DNA from: Geosiphon pyriformis uo1
Lineage: Eukaryota > Fungi > Glomeromycota
Direction: 5' to 3'
DNA length: 64,000 nt
Assembly (NCBI GenBank): GCA_016748015.1
Contig: JAAOMT010000282.1
Location: 62,001-126,000 of the forward strand
Shown here: piece by piece, positions 13,401 to 24,394 of the stretch
Layout of the letters: every line of letters starts with the position of its first letter
Position numbering within the stretch: the first letter of the stretch is position 1
Made by a program: the position numbers and the translations under genes
Notes under the pieces: generated by a model
Seen by the model: only the letters and a program-made list of their open reading frames with translations
Database searches by the model: none
What the model was told of the DNA's origin: nothing

Positions 13401-14889
13401 AGTTATCTTACAATACCTGAAAAACAGGATTTATAACAAACTGCACTTTTTGAAAATAAAGCTGCAACACCAAAAGTAAACTCTTCCAACAATATTATTT
13501 TATCAGTCCAAATTGCCCAAAATGCCAACTTTTCAGATATATTTTCATTCAAATTTGAAGCAAATAAATCACTATTTTTGTTTACCAATGTAGCAGTCAA
13601 TGAACAAAAAGCAATTATAGCAATATATACTAAAGCTAAAGTTGAAAGAAAACCAATTTGGTTAATCTTAAACAATAGATCAACTGGAAGTATTATTACC
13701 TACCAATTAATACAACAACTTTAAAAAACTGTTGACAAACCAGCCCAAACTGTAATTGTTACAGCTGATGACATGAAAAAAAATCTCAGTAAAAAAAATT
13801 AGCAACTTCTCATTTACTATTAATAGAATTATTATTTTAGTCAAAGTTTTAGTCATGAATATATCTTAATACTAAGCTTTTGTCAGAAATAATTGGTTTT
13901 TTAAGACCAATGCAAATTTAGATCGGGAAACTTAGGAATTGAAGATTTCATACCAAAGACAATACACCAGAGTACTTGCCATCTGTGGTACTTTTAATAA
14001 AAAATCTGAAAAAGCCTTAATATTCGAATTTGAAAAGGAAAAAAAAACTACCAATTACTGAAATCTTTATGGCTTTTAGATTACCATCTAATTGGGTGAA
14101 AAAAACAGAACAAAAAATCTTTGAAGAGACCAAAGAATAGAATGTAGTTAGATATTTCACACCAGAACCATGGAAACAATCATTTTATATTCTACTTAAA
14201 TGCAAAAATTGCAACAAAAAACTTTTATCAATGAAAGCATGTATTTTTCCAGAAGAAGAATATGAAACTCACATCTATTACTACTGTAAAGCATGTTATA
14301 AAAAACGATTTGAATATTCCAAATAAAGTGGAAAATGAAACAACACTTTTTGTTTTACATGTGAAGATATGCTACCAGAAAAATGCAACTGGATTGATAT
14401 AATCAAATCTGCCAATATGCCTTATCAATTTCGAAAAAAGTCAGAAGAAAAACACTCTTTAATGCAGCATACAACAGTGCTCTTAACAAACTCTACTACT
14501 ATTTTTATGATGCTGAAATAATTTTTGATCTAGCAATGGCTTTAATCAATAGAGCCACACAAAAAGATATATGCCAAATGAAAAAAGCTAAATACATTAA
14601 GTACACAATAGAATTAGCTGAATTTAACTATGAAGATGAAATGAAAACATATTACCAAATTGCAAGTCACACTTATCTAATCCAAGAAGCTCAAATTCAA
14701 TAATTAGACAAATGAATATTCAATTGTGTAAAAAATACATCATGCTTTGTGATGACAAATAGTGTCTAAAATGCTATGTCTTTAGCATTCTTTTATCCAA
14801 AAAAAATAACCAGAAAAAATTTGAGTTTGGAGAATCTAAATTAAAAGAAGAAATTACAACAACTCTAATCTATCTTACTAAAAATCAGC

Positions 14890-15300
14890 CTGCTATACAA
14901 CTCAAATACTTTAACAATAATTGTCAAGAAATCAAGCCAGAAAAAACCCATAATATAAATGCTGAATATGATCTATAATACCCAGGAAAAAATACAAAAA
15001 TCAATCTTAAAATTGCTTTTGAAATACCACCAGGAGCAATGATTCAAATTGCATCTAAATTATCATTGGCAAGCAGAGGAATCAATGTTAAAAGAGAAGT
15101 CATAAATACAGAATATACTGAAGACATTACTATCATGTTACAGAATAAAACAGACAAATCATTCAAGATTAAACATGCTGAAAAAATTGCTCAAGCAATT
15201 TATCTATCTTTAATCAACATTTCGAGTTTATAATCAGTTAACAACAGAGAACAATTAGGAAAAAGTGAAAGAGAAACTCAAGATTTTGGTTCAACTGGAC
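14890..15300 (+). pseudogene. dut: Trimeric dUTPase domain within Gypsy pol
   Basis: Motifs I-V are recognisable: AEYDL (AGYDL), QIASKLSLA (xSRSSLA), EVINTEYTEDI (GVIDAGYTG), IAQAI, SERETQDFGSTG. Confidence 0.85.
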
Positions 15301-15879
15301 GATTTACAGTCCCAGTAAATATAGTTTTTAATACACAAAATGAATCTCACCAGATTCTTCAATTTTTTTAACCAATTACTATTTTATTTTTTGAAGAATA
15401 TCACGAAATCTACACTTGCTTAAAACTTACTATCACTCAACAAATTTTTGAATCCAATGAACAAATCTGTTTAAAACATAAAATTGCAATCCCAAATGTC
15501 TATATACAAAAAGAAATGAAGAAATTTTAAGTTACATTTTACAATCCAAACAACTACCCCATTGTTTTATTAAATAAATTAGAAATTAAAATCATATATA
15601 GCAATATCTTTCAAGATAAAAACTCTTAGATTGTCAGCAATTTTATCAAAATTGTAAGACATACACTACTTCTAAATCCAAATATTATTGCTATTATTGA
15701 AAACTACCACCTTTTGGAAAAAAAACTCTCTCAAATCAACATGAATTCTTTAGAATCTCAACAACAAAGACAATTGAAACAGTTAATAACTGAATTCGCT
15801 AATATATTTGCAAAAGACAATAATAATCTTGAAAAAACTAATATTGTTCAACATTAGATCCACATAAAAAATGCTTTAC

Positions 15880-18570
15880 CAAAATATTAACAAGCTTATT
15901 GAATACCATCTGTTAGTCATTAATTCATCAAAAAAGAAGTCCAAAGAATGCTCCATAATGGACTGATCCAATCATCAAGAAGTTTATGGGCCTTATCAGT
16001 AATTTTTGTTAAAAAGAAAAATAGAAAAATCAGATTTTGTGTTGATTATCGACAATTGAATAGTGTTACAATTAGAAATGCCTACTCTCTTTCAAAAATT
16101 AATGACATGCTAGATGCTTTAGAAAAAGCCAAGTTTTTTTCAACTTTAGACTTGGAAAGTGGATATTGGTAAGTCAAAATAGACACAAAACAGTATTTAC
16201 TATTCAAAGAAAAAATTATGAATTTAATGTTATGTCATTTGGACTCTGCAATATGCCAGCAACATTTTAGTAACTTATGGATATTGTATATGAAAAACTC
16301 TTATAGCAATTAGTAATTGTTTATTTTGATAACACTAATGTATACTCACCAAGTTTTGAAGCTCATCTTATCCATCTGTGAAAAGTTTTTTAATGATTAT
16401 AAAAAGCAAAATTAAAATTAAACATTGAGAAATGTTACTTTAAAAAAACAAGTTTAATTTTCCTTGGACACATAATCAGCAAAGATAAAGTCAAACCAAA
16501 TTCTGGAACAATTAGTGCTGTCAAAAACTTTCAAACTTCCAAAAATATTACAAAACTACAAGAATTTGTGAGATTAGCCTTATACTATTGAAAATTCATA
16601 AAAAATTCTCAGAAATTGTCAAACCACTCAATTATCTTACCAACAAAAATGTGCCATACCAATGGACTGAAAAATAACAAGAAGCCTTTGAAATTTTCAA
16701 AATAAAATTGACAACAGCTCCAGTTTTTGCTTATCTAAACTTCAACAAACAGTTTCAATTAGCCACTGATGTTTCACACATAGCATTTGGTGCTATCTTA
16801 TCACAATTAGATAAAAATGACCAGAAGCAAGTTATTGTCTATACCAATAGAATATTTAAATTAACAGAACTCAAATATAGTTTAACTGAATTAAAAGCTG
16901 CCACAATTATTTGGACTCTTAAACACTTTCAACAATACCTGAAAAATAGAAAAGAATTTGATATCATAATTAACAATATTAGTCTTAAATGGCTTAATAA
17001 AAAAAAAACTGAACAAAGTACCAAACAGTCTTGATAAAATAATTTCTTAGTAAACTACAAATATATTGTATACCACAAACCAGAAAAACTATATACCAAT
17101 GTTGATAGTCTTTTAAAAATATGACAAAATTAATACTAACAACAATTTTATCACAACTTACCAACTCATCAACAACAATAACCAAACAACAATGAATTCC
17201 AGAAATTACAACAACATTAAAAACTATTTGGAGACTCTTATCATGCCAGAAAATTAGTCTCCAAGTGAAAAAAACCAATTACAACATCAATTAAAACAAT
17301 ATTTTATACACCATAACAAAATCTATTATAAAAATTGCAGAAACCTAAACCAACTACTTAGATTAATACAAGAGAATGAAAAAGAAACAATCCTATACAA
17401 CATGTATATAGATTTATTTTCAGCACATTTGGAAAGAGATAGAACAATTCAAAGAACTTTTGAACATTATTTTTGGCTTCACATGCAAAAAAACATTTGA
17501 CAATATGTAAAATCTTATGAGAGTTGTTAAAAAAGAGAAGGAACTTGCCCCACAGAATTTTTAAATCCAATCAAAGTTGGACAACTTTTTAATAAAGTTG
17601 GAATTGATTTAGTCGGACCATTACCTATCACAATTTAAAGAAATCATTATATTGCAGTTGTAATAGATTATTTTACCAAATGGCCTGAAGTTAGAGTTAT
17701 CCAAAAAATAGATGTAAAATTAGTAGCAAATTTCATTTATAAAGACATTGTTTGTAGATATAGATGTCCAATTAAACTTTTATCTGATTAAGGAACACAT
17801 TTTGTGAACAACTTGATACAAGAAATTTGTGAATAATTCAATGTCAAAGATCTTTATTATCACCTTATTATCCCTAAACAAATGAACTTATAGAATATTT
17901 TAACAAAACATTGTGTGAATTCTTAGTCAAAGTCTCAACTGACTTTGAGCAGGAATGAGATATCTTTATTCCATCAGTGTTACTAATATACAGAACACTA
18001 AAACAAGATACTACAAAACACACACTATTTGATCTTATTTATAGAAAAACAGCAATATTACCAATTAATTTCACAGTAAAAACATACTCAGTACAACCAA
18101 TTAATGGAAAAAACTTCCAAAAAACACTTCAAAGAAGAGTCTATACTCTTCTTAGTACATTGGAAAAAAAAACAGTAATAGCAATTCATATTAAACACTT
18201 TCAAGCTCAGCAAAAAAAAAGACATAACAACAAATTGTCACCAATTACTAACAAATTTAAAGTTGAAAATAAAGTTTTCTTACACAAAACTAAGGCTAAA
18301 AAACAATAGAGTGGAAAATTTGAACATAAATAGAATAAACCATTTTATATCTATGAAATTTTAGGCAATAGATTATACAAATTAAGACTTGATAACAAAG
18401 TATTAGCAAAAGTTGCATATGGAGATCGATTGAAACATTATCATTCCAAAAACAATTCTGAATCATTAATTCCACAAATTGGTATACATTCTCTTTTAAT
18501 TAATCCTGAAGATATTCTCTGAAATTTAGAACCAATAGTTATAATAAAACAACAACCAAACTTGAACACT
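15880..18570 (+). pseudogene. pol: Gypsy RT-RNase H-integrase
   Basis: SLWALSVIFVKKK..IRFCVDYRQLN, FSTLDLESGYW, VYFDN (YxDD), LATDVS..FGAILSQ, ELKAATIIW, GIDLVGPL, DYFTKWPE. Confidence 0.9.
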
Positions 18571-18727
18571 TAATTTAATATTTTTATAATAATTTTTTTA
18601 ATAGTACACAAAAACAGAAAACAAAAATAATAAATAATTACAAGAAATACTCAAACCCAAAAACAAATAAAAACCCTATACCCAAAAATAATTTTCTTTA
18701 TTCTTTTTATTAGCTAATCATTTTATT

Positions 18728-19433
18728 ATGATTATTCTCTGAAATATTCAACAAATATCTCAAAAATTAATGTTAAATTTAAAAACACTTCCTGACTTAT
18801 CTATAATGATTATAAGAAGTCAAATTAATTACATTCAAAAAAAAACTACAACTCCAGTAGTAAATAATTCTCGAAATTATTACTCCTATAAAAAAACATA
18901 AGAAGTTACACTGAAAATCAATTACTAGAACTTTTAAATCAAACTTTAAAAAAAACCTCTTATTTGCCCCTATTGACATTTTACCAAATTCTATAATTTA
19001 ACAAAAACTTCTACTATTCTTTAATGAACAAAACAATAAACATACTCTTATTTATAGATATTTTCAGATTAAAAAAACACTTTATGAACGAAATCTGGAA
19101 CTTAAAACAACAAACCTCACTTCTGAAGTTATACAAAAACAAATTCACAATGAAATCAAGACAGCAGCTGGATCAACAAACAATTACTACAAACTTAAAG
19201 CAGCTTTTAGACTTTATGATCTATTCAATACTTGTGAAAACGTTCTACAAAATTCAATACTTCATCCAATGAAAATTCAATATATTGGCAAGCTCACAGA
19301 ACTGAAATTTCAACAATTTTCAGACCAGATCACTTCAATTATTTTGGATCACTATCTCAATATTACAGATAGTGCTTGGACTTTGACAGAGCTCAGTCTT
19401 AAGAAGGAAATTATGTTACCAGTAGAATTTTAG
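18728..19433 (+). pseudogene. Extra ORF downstream of integrase (unknown function), running through the PPT into the 3' LTR
   Basis: Open frame QIHNEIKTAAGSTNNYYKLKAAFRLYDLFNTCENVLQNSILHPMKIQYIGKLTELKFQQF...KKEIMLPVEF* ending at 19433. The start is uncertain. Confidence 0.6.
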
Positions 19434-20371
19434 CTATTAATTAGCATAAAATTATCCTCATAATTTCTATTATTAATTAGCATATATTATTATTATTTCA
19501 ATTAATACTTAGTATTTAATCAAATTAGTAATTATTATCATTCAATCAATAATCCGATTTGTATCATAGAAATTAAGATAATCAAATTACACAATACCCT
19601 GAACCATTTAACATAGTCAAAATTTGCCGAAATTAATAAAAATTGGCCGAAATAATCAATAATTTAGTGAAATAACTTGTAGTTTGCCAAAATGTATCTT
19701 TAGTTCACCAAAATTATAGCAAAGAGAAAAGTACAAGTTCAAAGACTAGTACTACAACAAGTTGTATAAAAGAAGAGCTTTTTTTTTCAAGAAAATGTAT
19801 CTTCTTATATCTTACCATAGTATTTTACTTTAGATATCTTAATTACAACAAATTATCAAAAAAAAATAAAAAATTCGAAAACCAAATCTTTAAATTATTA
19901 CACTTGAAATTCCCTCAACACAACTAACTTTTTGAAATTGATTAGCTACTAATTTCAATAAACTGTTAGTAATTCTAGGCCTGAATAGAAAATGTTTTCC
20001 TTAATAAAATCCTATTTTTTTTATATTTCTTTTATTTATTTAATTTTTTTTCTTATTATAATCATTAGGGTAGCCTACAAACAAAATTCCTATAGAAGAA
20101 TTGACTTTCACAGCAAAGTAATTACAGATTTTAGTGAGCTTCCAGATAAGCAATTTTTGAGAAAGAGTTGACGTTTACTACAATGTAACTATATAAAAGT
20201 AACTGGCACGGAATTGGCTATTCCACTTATAAGTTTAGCAGTTCAAATTATAGGAGATAATTTAAAAATAAATTCAGTTATTGGAGGTTCAACTACTTCT
20301 AGAAAACGTGAATTTACAACAAACAGCTATTAGCAACATTCAAAAAAAGAGACCAAAAACCTCTAATAATA
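19414..20371 (+). repeat. 3' LTR, 958 bp
   Basis: Begins TGTTACC right after the PPT aagaaggaaa; contains TATAAAAG at ~19765; ends aataata (decayed GGTAACA). Confidence 0.85.
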
Positions 20372-22010
20372 TTGGTTATAAAAACAAAGCAAATTTTTTT
20401 GTTGAGTCATTTGTTTTCAGAAATTAGATTAATTAAATAAAAATTGAATCTATTTTTTTACTGGTTTTTAGTATTATTATTTATAGTGCTTAAAAAATTA
20501 TTACTAATTATTAAAGTTTGTTAAGTAAATAGTTTACTTTAATGTTTATTATAATTTTCAAGATTAAATTAGCTTATATTAAGACTGTTTTCTAGTTTGT
20601 ACATGGTTTTTTGAGTGTAAAGTTTGTATTAAAAGACAATATAAAGCTTTTTTATATGGAGTTTATTTCTTAAAAAACTTTAACAGCTACTTTTTTAATT
20701 AAGTTTATAAGCTTTGTTTGTCTAATTACTTTTAAAATTACTAAATCTTTGGTGATTTTTAAGTCTGATTCTCTTTTTGCTATTATTGTATTTTATAATG
20801 TACTTTTGAATATATTTGTTGCTAATATTAAAATAACTCTTAGTGTATTTAGTAAAGTTTTTCATGTTATATTAAAACCAGTTGATATTTGGCAATATGT
20901 AGTTGTTTACTTTAAGATTTTAAATACTATTATATTTGTTTTAAATTATTGATTAGGTTTGTTCAACAAATATAATATTAGAATTTTTATTTTTGTAAAA
21001 CAAAATAAAATTATTCTGTTTTATAATAAGTTTAAAACCAAGTTGGTTAATCTTTTTCTTGATTGTACTGTCTATAAAATCAGTAATATGATTTTTCAAA
21101 TTAATAATTAAACTTGTTTTATTTTTTACTTGATTAATTCTGGTCATTGTTTCTGGTTTGTTTTAATTATATTTGACTTACAAAGTAATTTGAATACAAT
21201 CATTATTAAAATTGATATTTTAATATAGTATTATATCTAATAAGAAATTTCTAAATACTAATGCTATTTTAAATATTAAGACTTAAATTATTTGGCTATT
21301 AATTATAAAATGTTTCTATTTTTTCCTTCCAAAACTTTTAAAACTTTTGTGTCTTGTTTTATTGATATTAAATTTTATATTAAAGCTGCTGTTTTTGTGT
21401 TTTTTTTAGTTTTTAATTCTTTAACTGGTTCTGTTTTTTTGCTAATATAATGGCTAATATTTCTGTGGTTTTTTTTTTAATTGATTTTTTTGAAGTTTGA
21501 TTTGGTCAAGCTTTCTGTTTTAGTTGAATTTATTATTAAGCTAATTAGATTTTTGGTTATCATGTTTGAATAATTTATTAATAGTAATTTGGTTTTAAGT
21601 AGTATATTTAGTTTTAAGATTAATAAAATTTTAGTACATATAAATATTTTTAGCAAAGCAGTTAATAAGTTAGAATAAAAGATAGTTGTTTTAAAAATTG
21701 TGTGTAACTATAAAAATATTAATATGTTTGGCTTTTATATAAGTTTATTTATAAGTAATAATAATATGTGTTTTAACTTAATATTATTATAAAAATATAA
21801 ACCTATTAGTGTTAAGATTAATACTTTAAAAACAGCCAAATAGCTAGTTAGATTAATTAATAATAGTGTTATATTGATTAAAATTGTTCAAAAAATGTTT
21901 TTTTTGGGTAAATTTTCTTTTAAAGTATTAATATAGTATAGTTTAAACTGGCTTAAATAGCTGATTATATGTAGAAAACACATAAACTGTATTTAATTTT
22001 AAAATATAAA
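20372..22010 (+). mobile_element. 3' part of the ORF1-only non-LTR element: RRM-like ORF1, zinc knuckle, LINE-type 3' tail
   Basis: LSVF...IWQYVVVYF aligns with LINE ORF1 LSEF...LWQKAVVEF. Decayed knuckle CYFKY*DLNYLAINYK at ~21265. The stretch 21931-21985 matches the LINE 3' UTR at 29064-29118. Confidence 0.7.
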
Positions 22011-22600
22011 TTTATTTAAATAACTTATTAATTTTTTTTTAATATATATATTTATTATAATATAATAACATAGTATTTTAAAATAAACATAATTTATATG
22101 TTTTTTATATATAATTAAACATAAATTTTATTAAAATTAAATTATATTAAATTTATTAAAACAAACTTATTTAATTTAATTATTTTTTTTAAAATTTTTG
22201 TATTTAACTTAATATTAAATGTTTAAAGTTTTCAAAAAATTAATAATTTTGCAAAATTTTTTTATTAACAAAAAAATCTAAATTTGTATTACAAAATATT
22301 TATATTTAAAAAAATATATATATTAATAATTTTATAATTAAAATAATTAAAAAACCAAAAAATTTAACATAAATATATTTAATAATATAAGTTATTACTT
22401 AAATAGAAAAACTAATCTAAAATTATTGGAAAAAACATAATTACTACATAATAACATTAAAGCTTCTTTCTTTTGTTCATCCACAAATCCCAAAAAAGAG
22501 TCTAAAAAGTTTTTTGAAAGAAGTTTTTACCATTCAGTATGATATCTCTAAACCATTTTTGTTCGATTACAAGGCCACCATTGGCCCATATACTGCTATC

Positions 22601-24394
22601 ATGAAGAAGGCTGCTAAGAGTTCTAGTTCTGGTGATGGTTTTAAGACAGTCTTGTCGAGAAAGAAGAGGAGAGGAGGTGTTTTAAAAGATGGTTTCAGTG
22701 GTGAAAAAGTGGCTTCTAAAATCCAAAAGAGCCATTTATGAAGTTCAGAAACTGGAGACACTACTGAGTCTAAGAGTATTGATATGGAAAAGGAGTGTCT
22801 GGTGGAGGAGACCAGCTTTGATTTTGGTGAAGGTGGTATTATGGCTGGTAAGGATCATAATTAAACACTCATGGGTTCAAAAGTCAAAACCAAAAAGGCA
22901 TTGGACAAGTCATTAGGAAAGATTGATTTCTCAAAGAAGAGTGATGGTGATAGTATTCTCTCAAATGCTCCTCTTGAGCTCTCCCTTCCTTTGAAAAACT
23001 TGGTCAATGTTTTAGTCAGGAAGTTATTCACATTAGATATTGGCTTGGATAAGGTGGCCAGCAATTCTTCTCAGAAAAAGCTTGTGATGGTGAGGAAATT
23101 ATTTTCTAGAATCAATGGTTTTGGGGGAGCGTCTACCCCCTCAAAATTCTCAGAGATCATCAGAGCAATATTTACTTCTGAATTGAGTCTAATGAAAGCT
23201 ACTGATAAGGCTGCAAGTGTAAAGATCCTAGTAAACACCAATCTTAAGAAATCATCTGGGCGATCAGATTGGGCTGTGGTCATAAAAAAAATTCTAATTG
23301 GTACATCAGCTGAGGCTGTGCATGCTGCACTATCCGAGTTTGGAGTTATTAAGGCAATCAAAATGTAGTTAATTGGACTGTGGCAAAAGGCAGTAGTAGA
23401 ATTCGAGCAACCGGATCAGGCTGATTTGGTCGCAGCTGAGTGGTCCATTCTAATCGGGAAAGATATTGTACATATGGCCAGGGCTGATTCAGACAAAGAG
23501 GCATGGGATGCAAGAGATTGACATAGAGTGCTGCTCTACACATTGCCAATGGGGACTAATGCTCACAATATCTGGGATTTTGTTAAATCTGTGGATGGGA
23601 AAACATGTATCATTAATTGTCATTCTGTTATGTATGCTCGGACCAGGTGCACTGTTGTTTGCTTCAACTCTGCTGAATTATTGGATGCTACCATGGGAAC
23701 CATGCCAGTACTTAGAAACACCAATCTCCACTGGTCTTGTCTCATCTCTGCTAAATATGCCAAGTGTGAGAAGTTGGGTCATATGTCATTGGGTTGTGTA
23801 GTTGGTGGGAAGTTTTCTTCTGGTAATTTGCTGTGTAGGGCTTTCTTAGACACAGATAAAAGCAGGCTGGCAGTCATTTATGCCAAACGCTCGGCTCCAG
23901 TTGCTCATCTAGTCTCTTTTGGTGGTTTCTCTTGGGCAAAGATTGCTCATGGGTCTTCTTCACTCTCCCTCTCTAGTCAGAAGGTTTTGGTAGACAATGG
24001 CTCCTCTTCAGAGATGAAGCCATCCCTGCCGGTTACAATGGAGGTCAACAATAAGTTCGCTGCTCTTGAGCATAGTCTTGTCTGTCTTGCAGAGCAAGTT
24101 GGTAAGCTGGCTAAGAGGTTGGATGCACTTAGGCCAATAGTTCTCCAGCCTAGCCCTAGATGTTAGCCATTGGTGACCCCTTCATCACAGGATCAAAGGG
24201 CGGATGTAGTGATGAGTGGGAGCTCGGGTGTGTTCACTAGTGGTGGGACTGTTGTGCGAGTGGTGTCTTTCGATATGTCTTCAGTGTCTAAGCTAGAAAA
24301 CAGCATGAGGTGTCTAATGGAAATGGTTCTGGACCTTTCAGCCAAAGTGAATAGTATTGGTACGTGTTCGGTGTCTCTACCCCTCACTCAATGA
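22601..24394 (+). pseudogene. LINE ORF1 (RRM-like, CCHC knuckle, coiled coil) with 5 premature stops
   Basis: One frame throughout; YAKCEKLGHMSLGC is a decayed CX2CX4HX4C. Confidence 0.85.

Larger units (their letters stand above)
11111..20371 (+). mobile_element. Ty3/Gypsy LTR retrotransposon (degenerate): gag-PR-Cys-rich insert-dUTPase-RT-RNaseH-IN plus a 3' ORF
   Basis: LTR homology 11111-11547 vs 19934-20371; TGG PBS at 11550; PPT at 19401; domain order RT-RH-IN. Confidence 0.92.

Noticed and set aside
19621-19720. CRISPR-like spaced repeats
   Set aside because: Eukaryotic LTR context, units too short and degenerate, no cas genes.
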